From Heterodontus francisci (taxonomy: Eukaryota), in contig NC_090421.1 of assembly GCF_036365525.1 (NCBI RefSeq), positions 7,320,725 through 7,384,724 on the forward strand: a stretch of 64,000 nt of DNA, written 5' to 3'. The position numbers and the translations under genes were made by a program. This document shows, one piece after another, positions 33,400-45,694 of this stretch (positions are counted from its first letter, which is position 1; each line of letters starts with the position of its first letter). Below the pieces are notes generated by a model. The model had not been told where the DNA came from. It did no database searches and was given only the letters and a program-made list of their open reading frames with translations.

Positions 33400-33646
33400 G
33401 TGAGCAGTTTTTTTCTTTGCGTCTCTCTCTCTCTCTCTGAAAGCTTGTTCCCTGTGTGTGCGTGGACCAATTTCTCTGAAGCCCCCAGATTCAAGTGTCT
33501 GGTTCACGAGAAGTTCAAGAAGAGTTTGGGAGTTGTTTTGTTCAGTCGCTGCTGACGCTGGGACTTTGAGAGATATTTTCAGCCCACTCCAGAGGAAATG
33601 GCTACAGCACACGAGTGCTAAGAGGCTGCTGGATTCAAGGGTGAGT
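33400..33646 (+). other. Candidate first (5'UTR) exon ending in a strong donor
   Basis: AGG|GTGAGT at 33640/33641 in a transposon-free ~1.8-kb block; upstream GGAAGTGAGGTCA (ETS plus nuclear-receptor half-site); 5' boundary unknown. Confidence 0.3.
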
Positions 33647-34319
33647 AACATGTGTTGGTCCGCTTGCTTGAAGACTTGGCTTTTGTTTGCAGTTTGCATG
33701 AGGCTGGGGTGACAGATGAAACCTTGAATCTCTTCAGCGAGGGTTTGTTGCTCCTTGGACAGTCCTGAAAGCAGGGAGTTCTCAGCTTTGCTCTGTTTAT
33801 TCAGTACATGCTCAAGGGCTTGAGGAAAGAGGAAATTCCTGTTATTGGGGGTGTAGGGAGGAGGGTTGTGGAAAAGTAGCTTCTATGACAGATCTCACGA
33901 CACAATGTGGCTGGGAGAAAAGCCACAACAAAAGGTACTTCACATTTTTGGTTTTAGTGCAGTGACTTTGTCACTTGTGGGAGGCTGGGTCAGTCTTAAC
34001 CTATGGGAAGAAAAGGTGATTCAGAATTCCCTACCCCATTCTCCAATGAAATATCCCTGTACCTGGCATTTAGCCTGAGGCAGTATAGGGGAATGTATGT
34101 GCGTGCGTCATTTTCAGAGAAATATTTTGGAAATTTCATCAAATAAGATTGCTCTAACTATTGAACTACATTCATTTGTTTCACTGCCCGTATTCTAGGC
34201 AACACACCTGATACAGGCAGACTATGTGTTGCTGTGAAAATTTCTCTTCTGTTCCTTTGCTGGCTATTCAGCAGATTGGCGACTGGGCAAATTCTGTCTG
34301 ATGTGGTTTCAGATCAAGT

Positions 34320-34805
34320 TCACAAAGATAAGCACAGATCTGGGGGGTGGAGTGGGGGGGGGGCAGGTTACCATTCAGCCCATCTAGCTCATCCTTCCGT
34401 TAAAAACTGATAACTGCCTCCTCATCAATAGTTTTGTTTCAGCACCCCCCCCCCCACCCACCTCGCCTCTCCCCTCCCCTCCCCGCCCGGGATACCATTC
34501 TAGGTACTGAACACTTTGTGTGAAAAAGTGCTTCCTGACATTCGTCCTGAGCTCGAGCTTGTCAATTTGTACCTGTCTCGTTTAGTCCGGTGGTTATGGT
34601 TTCACCTGAAATGATTAACCTTTACCATACCCTCGAGTTTCTTGTGTCCCTCTATAAGGACCTGTCTCATTCATCTCCTTTTCAAAAGGGAAGAGTCCCA
34701 AGATTTTGTTACCTCATCTCAGAACTTGGGGTCAGATTGGCCTCGAGGGCCTTCCCTGCACTCCTTCAAGGACCCTTGTGCCATCGGTGACCAGAATGGA
34801 CACAG
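34320..34805 (-). mobile_element. Old CR1 3' fragment
   Basis: CCATTCAGCCCATC tail, TTTGTGTGAAAAAGTGCTTCCTGACAT, TGACCAGAA; ends at the HE1 insertion. Confidence 0.65.
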
Positions 34806-34809
34806 TGAA

Positions 34810-35160
34810 GGGCGGCACAGTGGCGCAGTGGTTAGCACCGCAGCCTCACAGCTCCAGGGACCCGGGTTCAATTCTGGGTACTGCCTGTGTGGAGTTTGCA
34901 AGTTCTCCCTGTGTCTGCGTGGGTTTCCTCCGGGTGCTCCGGTTTCCTCCCACATGCCAAAGACTTGCAGGTTGATAGGTAAATTGGCCATTAGCAATTG
35001 CCCCTAGTATAGGTAGGTGGTAGGGGAATATAGGGACAGGTGGGGATGTGGTAGGAATATGGAATTAGTGTAGGATTAGTATAAATGGGTGGTTGATGGT
35101 CGGCACAGACTCGGTGGGCCGAAGGGCCTGTTTCAGTGCTGTATCTCTAAACTAAACTAA
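34810..35160 (+). mobile_element. HE1-type V-SINE, full length
   Basis: A box TGGCGCAGTGG, B box GGTTCAATTC, V domain TGTGTGGAGTTTGCA..TTCTCCCTGTGTCTGCGTGGGTTTCCTCCGGGTGCTCCGGTTTCCTCCCAC, CR1 tail GGGCCGAAGGGCCTGTTTC, (CTAAA)n. Confidence 0.97.
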
Positions 35161-35194
35161 TGCTCAGGGAACTGCCAGACCAGAGCAACGCACA

Positions 35195-35465
35195 GAAAGG
35201 CTTGCATTTCGGTAGTGTCTTTCCTCAACCGCTGGACATCCCAAACCGCTTTACAGCCACTGAAGTACTTTTGAAGTGTGATCACTTGTAATATCGGAAA
35301 TGCACAAACATCAATGTGATAATGACCAGAAAAATCTATTTTTGCGATGTTGATTGAAGGATAAATATTGCCCAGGACACCGGAGAGAACTACCCCTGCT
35401 CTTCTTCAAAATAGCACCATGGAATCTCTTACATCCACCTGAGAGGTCAAATAAACCAGGAATTC
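35195..35465 (-). mobile_element. Deu-SINE 3' part
   Basis: GAAGTACTTTTGAAG...CCCCTGCTCTTCTTCAAAATAG. Confidence 0.88.
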
Positions 35466-35469
35466 CATC

Positions 35470-35856
35470 ACAGTAATTGATGTAGCAGCACTGGTACTGG
35501 CAACAGTATTGGCAGTTCTGGCGATGGCGGTGCTGGTAGGAGTAGTGGTGGTGGTGACAGTGATGTTTGTGGTGATGGCGGCAGTGACGGTGGTGTTGGT
35601 GATGGTGTTGGTGATATTGGTGTTGGCAGTGTTGGTGATGGTGTTGGTAGTGTTGGCGGTGTTGATGGTTGTATTGGTGGTGATGGTGTTGGTGGTGGTG
35701 ATTGTATTGGCGGTGGTGGTGACGACGGTGTTGATGGTTGTATTGGTGGTGATGGTGTTGATGGTTGTATTGGTGGTGATGGTGTTGGTGGTGGTGATTG
35801 TATTGGCAGTGGTGGTGACGCCGGTGGCTCTGGTGTTGGCGGTGATGATGATGGCG
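35470..35856. repeat. Composite (GGT/GAT/GTT)n trinucleotide repeat
   Basis: Period-3 repeat with a ~65-bp duplicated block at ~35658 and ~35755. Confidence 0.95.
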
Positions 35857-36544
35857 CGTCCAGAAAATTTCAGCAACTGAGCTCAGCCAACAACTGAAAA
35901 AAATGCCCATATGAAAATGTCTCACTGTGAAGGACTCCACTGAAAAATAAAACGTGCAGAAAGTCCTGATGAACAATTTGTTCTGTCCACTTGTGTCAAT
36001 TTTATGAGGAAAGTTTTGTTCAGTCAGTTAGCACTGACTGAAACAGTAGGTGGGCGTGACTTTTGGGGAAATGAACGAACGTTAACAGACGTACAGTTAT
36101 GGGGCCAGTGATTATTCAGCATTAACAGTTTTCGTTCACTCAGCTCCCTCTCACTGTCGGGCTCAGTATCCCTCGCTCTGATATCATCCACACTTTTTGC
36201 CTAAACCACATTTTGAAAAGCTAAATGGAGAGGGGACAAAAAGATGTTGCTAACTAGAACTTTTTTTTAAAGTTTCTGGTAGGTCAAATATTTTTTCAAG
36301 ACAAAGGGACGTGGAAACCCTGGTTTTGACATGAAGCTGAGTTAGTCACTGAAAGTGGCTGGAAAGCATCGATAAATGGATTGTGATCATGTAGCCTGCT
36401 GATTAGTTTAACAGGAAACCTGATTCCTGGGACGTTTTCACTGTAGTTATACCAACTGGCCAGGTACGAAGCCATTCATGCAGGGCATGAGAATTTTCAA
36501 TCACTTTCTGCAGTAGTAAGAGCTGCAAATAAGCTTGGAGTGAA

Positions 36545-36737
36545 CTCTGCAACCTCTTTACCTCTCTCCTCCTTGAAGACACTCCTTAAAACCTATCGAT
36601 TTGACCAAGCTTTAGGTCACCTGATCTAATATCTCCTTATTTAGATCAATGTCAAATTTTGTTTGATAACGCTCCTGTGAGGCACCTTGGGACGTTTTAG
36701 TACATTAAAAGCACTATAGAAATGCAAGTTGTTGTTA
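36545..36737 (+). mobile_element. L2 3' tail
   Basis: TTTGACCAAGCTTT...AAATGCAAGTTGTTGTT. Confidence 0.88.
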
Positions 36738-36861
36738 CTGACTGTAGTCTGATTTCTTTAAGTACCCAGCCACTCGTTTTTAGTTCGATATGCTCAAGTT
36801 AAACCATTTGAAATGTTTTCCTCTCAGTGTCCTACGCTTGCCTCCCCTCCTCCCCCGAAGG

Positions 36862-37935
36862 TGCTAACTAGTTGCTTCAGTGACAGGAAACAAAGGGTAG
36901 TAGTCAACGGATGTTTTTGTGAATGGAAAGCTGTTTGCAGTGGCGTTCCACAGGGCTCATTGTTGGGTTCCTTGCTGTTTGTGGTATATATTAATGATTT
37001 GGACTTAAATGTGGGAGGCATAATTGGGAAATTTGCTGATGACACAAAAATTGGCCGTGTAGTTGATGGTGAAGAGGATGGCCGTAGACTCCAGAATGAT
37101 ATCAATGGTTTGGTTGAATGGGCGGAAAAGTGGCAAATGGAATTCAATCCAGAGAAGTGTGAGGTAATGCATTTGGGGAGGGCAAATAAAGCAAGAGAAT
37201 ACACAATAAACGGGAGGATATTGAGAGGAGTAGAGGAAGTGAGAGACCTTGGAGTGCATGTTCACAGGTCCCTGAAGGTGGCAGGACAGGTAGATAGAGT
37301 GGTGAAGAAGGCATAGGAATGCTTTCCTTTATTGGCCGAGGTATAGAATACAAAAGCAGGGATGTAATGCTGGAACTGTATAAAACACTGGTTAGGCCAC
37401 AGTTGGAGTATTGCGTACAGTTCTGGTCACCACATTACAGGAAGAACATAATTGATCTGGAGAGAATACAGAGGAGATTCACAAGAATGTTGCCAGGCTT
37501 GAAAGTTGCATCTATGAAGAAAGATTGGATAGGCTAGAGTTGTTTTCCTTTCAACAGAGGAGGCTGAGGGGTGACTTAATTGAGGTGTACAAAATTATGA
37601 GGGGCCTCAATAGAGTAGACAGGAAGGACCTGTTTCCCCTAGTGGAGAGGTCAATTACCAGGGGGCACAGATTTAAGGTGATTGGTAGAAGGATTAGAGG
37701 GGACATGAGGAAAAGCTTTTTCAGCCAGAGGGTGGTGGGTGTCTGGAATTCACTGCCGAGATCGATGGTGGAGGCAGAAACCCTCAACTCATTTAAAAGG
37801 TACCTGGACCTGCACCTGAAGTGCTGTAACCGGCAAGGCTATGGACCAGGTGCTGGAAGGTGGGATTAGATTGGGCAGCACAGACACCACGGGCTGAATG
37901 GCCTACTTCTGTGCTGTAACTTTTCTTTGATTCTA
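36862..37935 (+). mobile_element. CR1 LINE, second subfamily, 5'-truncated within RT
   Basis: RKQRVVVNG..SGVPQGSLLG..YINDLD..FADDTK..WQMEFNPEKC..RPQLEYC..QGYGPGAGRWD*. Confidence 0.96.
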
Positions 37936-38255
37936 TGGTTCTAGTGCCATTGTTGGTGGAGGGGGAGCAGGGTGTGAGGGAGGTTACAGTTGTTTGAGTA
38001 CCAGGCATCCACCGGTATCTGACCCAAGTGGCCATCCATCATATTGGCTATTCCGCCAGGAAGGATTCGCAACTGGCCCAGACCTCAGCCGATGTGCTTT
38101 CCAACACAGGTCACTGGATAGCGATCGGGAGATGGAATCCTGGCTGATTATCTTGGTATTATTCTTTTTCTCGGCGGAGTGGCACTGAGGCTGAGAGCAG
38201 CGCCCCCTACTGCTGTGATCAGTTAACCCAGCACAGACTGGAGTCCAAACCATAA
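37936..38255 (-). mobile_element. AmnSINE2-like SINE
   Basis: CCCAAGTGGCCATCC...GGTCACTGGATAGCGATCGGGAG...AACCCAGCACAGAC. Confidence 0.65.
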
Positions 38256-38624
38256 CTGAGCGTGTGAGGGCAAAGGTTAGAAAATTGGCTGGTTTTGTTG
38301 TTTCATAGGCTATTTTCGTAGATTTTAAGCATTAATATTCATTTGGCATTGAAATAAAACTTCTGTTCAAACAAAAAAGAGAATGATGGAGAATAGGGAA
38401 AGCAAAACTGTAATCTGATCGAGAAAACCACAAGATGGGACCTCAAGGCCTGTGCAACAGGCCCCTGTATGTCAGGATTGGATTACTGCCTTGTATTCAC
38501 TTTGTTCTTTGTCAGTTGCAGCTGTCGGTGATTTCTGTGCCAGTGATTGGTGATATTTACACGATTGTGGGGGGTGCGGAGGAATGATTCTGACATCATT
38601 ACTGCAAAAGTACGCGGATAGTCT

Positions 38625-40222
38625 GCAGCTCATGTGCCAGCCCAGACTGGTATCCTCCAACTAAAGATTGGGAGGACTGAAGCCATTGACTTCCGTCCCC
38701 GCCACCAACTCAGTTCCCCAATCACTGACTCCATCCCTCTCCAAGGCAACTTCCTGAGGCTGAATCAGACTGCTCGCAACCTTGATGGCATATTTGACCC
38801 TGAGATGAGCTTCCGAATATAGATCCGCTCCATCACTTCGACCGCCTGTTTCCACCTCCATAACATCGTCTGACTTCGCCCCTGCCTCAGCTCATACATA
38901 CACATGAACATACGTACGAATTAGGAGCAGGAGTAGGCCACTCGGCCCCTCAAGCCTGCTGCACCATTCAATACGATCATGACTGATCAGATTGTAACCT
39001 CGACTCCACATTCCCGCCTACCCCCAATAACCTTTCACCCTCTTGCTTATCGAGAATCTGTCTACCCCGCCTTAAAAATATTTTAAGACTGTGCTTCCAC
39101 TGCCTTTTGAGGAAGAGTTCCAAAGACTCACGATCCTCTGAGAGAAAAAAATTCTCCTCGTCTCTGTCTTAAATGGGTAACCTCTTATTTCTAGAGTCTC
39201 CCACAGGGAAACATCCTTTCCACATCCACCCTGTCAAGATCCTTCAGGATCTTATATGTTTCAATCAAGTCGCCTCTTACTCTTCTAAACTCCAGCAGAT
39301 ACAAGCCTAGCCTGTCCAACCCTTCCTGATAAGACAACCCACCCATTCCAGGTATTAGTCCAGTAAACCTTCTCTGAACTGCTTCCAATACATTTACATC
39401 CTTCCTTAAATAAGGAGATCAGTACTGTACACAGTACTCCAGATGTGGTCTCACCAATGACCTGTATAGCTGAAGCATAACCTCCCTACTTTTGTATTCA
39501 ATTCCCCTCGCGATAAACAATAACATTCTATTAGCTTTCCAAATTACTTGCTGTACCTGCAGACTAACCTTTTGCAATTCATGCACTAGGACACCCAGAT
39601 CCCTCTGCATCTCAGAGCTCTGCAATCTCTCATCTGCTGCTGAAACCTTCATTCATGCCTTTGTTATCTCTAGACTTACTGTTCCAATGCTCTCCTGGAT
39701 GGCCTCCCATCTGTCACCATCGAGAAACCTCAACTTGTCCAAAATTCTGCTGCCCGTGTCCTAACTCGCACCATGTCCCTTTCACACATCACCCCCTGTG
39801 CTCACTGACCTACATTGGCTCTCAGTTAAACACCACCTCAATTTAAAAATTCTCATCCTTGTTTTCAAATCTCTCCATGGCCTCGCCTCCCTATCTCTGT
39901 AATCTCCTCCAGCTCCACAACCCTCCGAGATCTCTTGCACTCCTCCTCTTCTGGCCTCTTGTGCATCCCCGATTTTAATTGCTCCACCATTGGCGGCCGA
40001 GGCCCTAAGCCCGGGAATTCCCTTCCTATACCTCTCCACCTCTCTTGCCTCCCTGAAAACTCTCTTTAAAACCTACTTCTTTGACCAAGCCTTTGGTCAA
40101 TTGCCCTAATATCGCCTAATATAAGTGGCTCGGTGTCGAATTTTGTTTCTTAACGTCCCTGTGACGTGTCTTGGGACATTTGACGGAGTTAAAGGCGCTA
40201 TATAAATGCAAGCTGTTGTTGT
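38625..40222 (+). mobile_element. L2 LINE 3' portion split by CR1
   Basis: LQLKIGRTE..RNLDGIFDPEMSF; SSAAETFIHAFVISRL; tail GGCGCTATATAAATGCAAG. Confidence 0.92.
38896..39628 (-). mobile_element. CR1 3' fragment nested in L2
   Basis: RDLGVLVH..LYRSLVRPHLEYCVQ; RRVRGDLIETYKI; CTCAT at both junctions (38891-38895, 39629-39633). Confidence 0.94.
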
Positions 40223-40829
40223 GTTTGGAGGTTGCTTTTCTGTCAACTATTAATTTTCTCATGTTGCTGCATTGCTCCTTTTGAGCAGTGCCCCAGTTTT
40301 ACTGCAGCAAATGTTTGAATTTGAATGTGTGATGAATGTCTGAAAGATTCCAGTTGGGAGATGGCGGGGGTGGGAGGTGCAGAGAGGGGGTGGGGGAAGT
40401 AAATTCAGCATATGTTGTACCTTGTGCTTTTTAATTGATTTCAGACAGCGAATCATTCCCTCTTGACCTCAGTCCCTTCAGGTTAAACAATTGTGTTCTG
40501 TTTGCTGTCTGAGTACCAGGATAAACTCTTTTGACGACTATGGAAACAATTATGAGCCAAGACATTAAAAAAAAATTGGCATTAAAATTGGTGCAAAGAA
40601 ACTTCAAGAGACAAAACGTTCTGTGGTTTGCTAGTTCTTAACTTCTACTCTATAATCAGCATCACAGACGTACAGAAAGTTTTCTGTTCAGAGGGCGACG
40701 TACATATTTTCAAAGCTGCAATGAAAGAATTTTGTTTCTGAGCTTTAGGCTGAAGATACATTGTTGCAGAAGATAACTCCAGATTTTATTTTCTTCCCGC
40801 TCTTCCTATTTTTTTCCCCCCCCCCTTGG

Positions 40830-41020
40830 AGTGATTGCTGTCGCCAGGGTGAAATCTCGTGGTGTCCTTAAGTATTGCCATTCTTATGTGAGCCTGGACG
40901 GTGAGTGTAGTTGGGCTATTCGACCGCAGCGTGAATCGAGGTCACGCCAGATCCATGCTGAATTGTGACTCGGAGCAGGCTGGTGTTCAAACCTGGGTCA
41001 GGGTGGCATAATGCTGCATC
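40830..41020 (-). mobile_element. AmnSINE2-like fragment
   Basis: GCCATTCTTATGTGAGCCTGGACGGTGAGTG...GGCTATTCGACC. Confidence 0.55.
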
Positions 41021-41021
41021 A

Positions 41022-41245
41022 GGCAATAGAGAGGGTGCAGAAAAGATTGACGAGAATGTTTCCACGGATGAGGGACTTCATTTACATGGATAGAATGGAG
41101 AAGCTGGGGATGTCCTCCTTGGAGAAATTTGCAGGGCTACGGGAAAAGGGCGGGGACTAGCTAAGTTGTTCTTGCAGAGAGCCAGCACGGACACGACGGG
41201 CCGAAAGGCCTCCTTCTGTGCTGTAACCATTCCATGGTTCTACTT
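41022..41245 (+). mobile_element. CR1 fragment with internal deletion
   Basis: GAGAGGGTGCAGAAAAGATT...GGGCCGAAAGGCCTCCTTCTGTGCTGTAAC. Confidence 0.85.
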
Positions 41246-41409
41246 ACCACTAAGCCGTTGGCGGGAGCTTTTGGTAAAATTTTGTTTAAAAAAAAACCTG
41301 ATATTACTGGTTGATTGTAGGTGTACAATTGAGGCAGGTAGACACCAAGGGTGCAGACTACCCCCTTTTGCTGTGGTTACGTTCTGAAGTCGTTCAACTC
41401 AGGCCAGAG

Positions 41410-41575
41410 GCTTGTAAAGTGTCCAGTCGAAAGATGAGGTACTGTTCCTTGAGCTTGCGTTGAGCTTCATTGGAACACGACAGGAGGCTGAGGACAGTGT
41501 GGGAGTGGGCGGAGAATTAAAGTGACAAGGAGCTCAGGGTCACACTAACGCACTGAACGGTTGCACGTGCAAGTG
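41410..41575 (-). mobile_element. Penelope GIY-YIG C-terminal fragment, inverted
   Basis: Minus frame VLSLLSCSNEAQRKLKEQYLIFRLDTLQA. Confidence 0.8.
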
Positions 41576-42330
41576 TTGCAACACTTGTCCTTTCGCCTCC
41601 TGCCGTGCCTCCGCGCAGGGCCCCAAACACTCCTTCCAGGCGAAACAGCGATTTACTTGTATTTCTTCCAGCCCTGTATACTGTATTCACTGCTCACTTT
41701 GCGGTCTCCTCTACACTGGGCAGACCAAATGCGGATTGGGTGACCGCTTTGCGAAATACCTCCATTCAAGTGTGACTCTGAGCTCTCAGTCACTTGCCCC
41801 CTTGAATTCGCCGCCCCACTTCTACTCTGTCCTCGGCCTCCTACACTGTTCCAAAGTAAGCTCGAGGACCAGCACCTCAGCTTTCCACTGGGCATTATAC
41901 AGCCTTCCAGCACTGTTTTTAACAACTTCCGACCTCAACCACCACGCCTAGTTTCTCTCTGACAACAGGCGCTTGGTAATTCAGGATGGGAGCACTGGCT
42001 GCCGCTGGGAATGAGAGGGGTTGTGGGCAAGTGCCTGAGAGGGGCATCCTGGGGTCTATCTGCTTTTTTCTTCCTTCACTGTCCCAAGACACTGGAACCT
42101 TCTCAGTTTGCCAGATTTTTCCATGTTTCCCACTCCCCCTTTGTAACCATTCACACCTCCTCTGAGTCTCTGACACATCTTTTGTTTCTCTGATTTCTCT
42201 CATTCTCATCCCGTTTTCTTGCACCATCACCCTTCAGTTACTTAATCACCTCCCGCCCTCCAATTTATCACCAACCTTCTTTTTTTTTGTTAACTCTTTC
42301 CCTGCCCCCTTTTCCCGAGCTGTGTTCTTT
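41576..42330 (+). mobile_element. Older Penelope-like element with GIY-YIG remnant
   Basis: TCPF..GPKHSFQAKQRFTCISSSPVYCIHCSLCGLLYTGQTKCGLGDRFAKYL, followed by a pyrimidine-rich 3' region. Confidence 0.88.
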
Positions 42331-42337
42331 CTTATAG

Positions 42338-42948
42338 AAACACTCCTCGAAATCATGAGGAGTCGAGACAGAGTAGATAGAGAGAAACTGTTCCCATTGG
42401 TGGAAGGATCGATTTAAGGTGAATGGCAAATAAAAGAGGTGACATGAGGAAAAAACTTTTTTTACGCAGTGAGGGGTTAGGATCTGGAATGCGCTGCCTG
42501 AGAGTGCGGTGGAGGCGGACTCAATCGTGGCTTTCGAAAGGGAATTGGATAATTATCTGAAGAGAAAAGATTTACAGGGCTATGGGGAAAGGGTGGAGGA
42601 GTGGGACTAGCTGAGTCGCTCTTGCAGAGAGCCAGCACAGACACGATGGGCCGAATGGCCTCCTTCTGTGCTGGAACCATTCTATGATTCGATAAACTAA
42701 ATGGGAGTCTTCAGGAGGCCATTTAGCCCCCGGGTCTGTTCCGCCATTCAGTTTGATCATGGATGATCGTTACCTCGACTTCATCAGCCCGCCTTTGTTC
42801 CATATCCCCTGATACTCATACCCAACAAAAATCTATTTCTCTCAGTCTTGAGGGCTCCAGGTGTCCCCCAGCATCCATAGCCTTTAGGGGAGCGAGTTCC
42901 AGATTTCCACAGCCTTTTGTGTGAAAAAAATGCTTCCTGATTTCGCAT
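42338..42948. mobile_element. Two tail-to-tail CR1 3' stubs (+ 42338-42692; - 42700-42948)
   Basis: GATAGAGAGAAACTGTTCCCA..TGGAATGCGCTGCCTG..GGCCGAATGGCCTCC; then AGGAGGCCATTTAGCCC..GAGTTCCAGATT. Confidence 0.85.
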
Positions 42949-43497
42949 CTGCAGTAACACCACTCAGGGCAAATGCCCATTTAAGTCTGAAAAGTGACAA
43001 TTTTAATGACGCAATGGAAGTGTGATGGCGTGTTTCTAAATGATGTGCAATCCAAAAAAAAAATCAGAAGTGTGAGTACATGAAGAAATATTTAATTCCC
43101 CTTCCCCCCCACCGCCCCCCCCCCCCCCCGCCAACACCCTCCCCACCTCCCGATCGCAGATTCCAAGAGATGTCAAGAACATTTATAGACTGTGATAAAT
43201 AACATTCCAGAGCAGTAAACAGGCAGGAAAGAAACATGGAAAAACGTTTATTTTTCCCTCAGGATTTTTTCCCATTCCTGTTTGCTACAAATTTGAGGCC
43301 TTGCACCCGAACGTTAACAAGCTCCAGTGATTTGTCGAGCAGGCAATTTCCCTCCTTGACAACAGCCACAGATTGATTTTATCTCTGTATCTATGCACAA
43401 AAACCTGAATGACTTCTTCCTCAACACTTTCACCCTGCCAGCCTTTAGAAAATATCTTCAGGTGTATCAGAGGTAGCTTATAGGCTATAGGCGAAGG

Positions 43498-43985
43498 TAA
43501 TGCATATTCCCGATTTCCATCGCTCCACCATTGGCAGCTGTGCCTTCAGCTGCTGGGGCCCTGAACTCTGGAATTCCCTCTCTGCCTCTCCAGCTCTTGT
43601 TCCTCCTTTAAGACACCCCCTTAAAACCCACCTCTTTGACCAGGCTTTTGTCGCCTATCCCAATATCTCCTTAGGAGGCTTGATGTCAAACTTTCTTTGA
43701 TAACACTCCTGTGAAGCACCTTGGGATGTTTTACTACATTAAAGGCGCTATATAAATGCAAGTTGTATTCCCTTGAGGATGGAAGATTCAGGGGTGATCT
43801 AATTCAGATGATTAAAGGAGTTGACAGTGTAGATAGAGGGAAACTATTTCCTCTGGTGAGAGAGTCCAGAACAAGGGAGATATTAAAATTAGAGCCAGGC
43901 CACTCAGGGCTGAGGTCAGGAATCTAACTGAATGGCGGAATAGGCTTGAGGGGCTGAACGGCCTCCTCCTGTTCCTTTCTTCCTA
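43498..43985 (+). mobile_element. L2 3' tail (43498-43765) followed by a CR1 stub (43766-43985)
   Basis: CAFSCWGPELWNSL; YSLEDGRFRGDLIQ. Confidence 0.85.
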
Positions 43986-44730
43986 AAACAAATCCTGTGC
44001 CTTCAACACTTGATCTTCCATCTAGCTTTCATGTACATACGTTTGCGAAGGAATGTTGGGTTTACCTGCAGCTTAAGGTACAAGTCCACGTCCCACTGCA
44101 CTTTCAATGTGCTTACTTGTTTGCACATGTTATAGGATTATATTTAGGAACGTTTGTGAGATGTACGCTTTTTTAAAGCTTTTGCTAGCATTCTATGTGA
44201 CTACTTTTTGAACTGGGGCTTCTTTGAGCATGTGTTAAGCTACAGGAACTCTAGCAACTATCAGTGTCAAATATGTCAGGCAGCTGTCCTGGGATCAGGC
44301 GTCTCCACAGCCATCTGTTCTCTCCCGAATACGGAAAGTGTCTCCAGGGAGCTTCACGCTTTCCTGGATTGTAATTTGAAGTGTTCCTCAACGGGCTACA
44401 GAATTATTTTTGGATTTGCCACTCATGAACGACAAGGCTCAAAAAACTGCCACTGGCTGATACAAGTGGCACAGAGGAGAGGTGCAGATCCACAGTGTGT
44501 CCCAAGGCTTCTGTGCTGTAGCATCTTCCTTGTCTCAGCTCCAAGGGTGGACCCTACAGCCAGGGAGTAACAGAAGGAAAAGGGATGACTGCTTTCGAGT
44601 CGTGGCTTTTGATTTTTGTTCCTGCCCCGGTGGTTTAGGAAAAGTGCTCACGAACCAGCACTAAGGAAAAGGCTGGTTTCAATGCTGCCTCACGAAAACT
44701 GGAGCTGTCTGCGGCATGGACCTCGAAATT

Positions 44731-45081
44731 GGGTTGCCAACCCTGGTTGGACATATTCCTGGGGATATTATCACATAACCCTCCTGACTCTAAACCATCC
44801 CGCCCCATGCGATTGGCTGCCTAGCATGTCCATTAGCTCCTTCCCTTGCCAATTGGAAAGGGGATGCACTCTTCATTACCCAATTGGATGACTTTTGACT
44901 GTTTGTCCTTTCTTCCCACCCCCACTGAAAGCCGCCAAATCCAATACTTAAATAACCAATAAACAACGGTGTTTAAAGGAAATCAGAAAAACAAACATGT
45001 CTTTAATGCTCTGATGATTTTTCTCCAGAGCTGCTGGAAGCAGCACCCAGGAGATCAATCTTTAATTCCTGGAGACTTCAG
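44731..45081. mobile_element. Non-autonomous DNA element with GGGTTGCCAACCC end (hAT/Blackjack-like)
   Basis: 45000-45081 is the reverse complement of ~50705-50775; the same terminal motif occurs at 50682. Confidence 0.6.
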
Positions 45082-45692
45082 GGGCATGATTTTCCCCGGG
45101 GGGTTCTGAACCCCACCGACAGGCTCAAATGGGGGTCAGAAAGCCGCACTGTGTGGGAAACAGTCACTCAGTGTGATTTTCCCCAGAGTGGATAATTAAT
45201 GGCCACAGGGCAGGCTCGCCGTCCAATTAAGGATGGCGGGTGGGCTCTTGAAGCTGGAGGGCCAATAGGAGACCTTCCAGCTTGAAAGCAGTCGCAGGAT
45301 GTAATGGCAGGTAAATAAGGGAGAGTGTGCTTCAAAACGGAGGCACTCTACCTCCAACCTTTTCAAAGTTTAAATTTAAAAAATGGCTTTGCGGCCAGGC
45401 CACCACTATGGGGTGGGAGGGAGAGCCTCTACAGGGCGGTCTGCGGCTGCTGCTCCACTAGGGCAGGCAGGGAGCCACCTCCGGGAACCTGGAGACTGAC
45501 GTGAAAATCCCAGTCGGCCTCCCACAACAGGCCTTAATCGGCCTATAAGTGGCTTAGTAGGCTACCCGCCTCTTGCTGGATAATGGTCTGGGGGCGGGAT
45601 GGAGCCGGAAAGTGGCACGCGGGCCGGCGGCACAGAATTCTGTGCCCGCCTGCCTCCATTCCCGCCCCTGGCGGAGGCTAAAAATCAAGCCC
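45082..45692. mobile_element. Harbinger-like MITE
   Basis: TIRs GGGCATGATTTT / AAAATCAAGCCC (11/12 match), CAG at both junctions. Confidence 0.75.
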
Positions 45693-45694
45693 AG

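Noticed and set aside
34810-34885. tRNA gene (also at 57216)
   Set aside because: A/B boxes belong to SINE heads that continue into SINE bodies; no complete cloverleaf
35311-35976. 221-aa His-rich protein
   Set aside because: Generated by the trinucleotide repeat, ends in a Deu-SINE, and other frames are equally open
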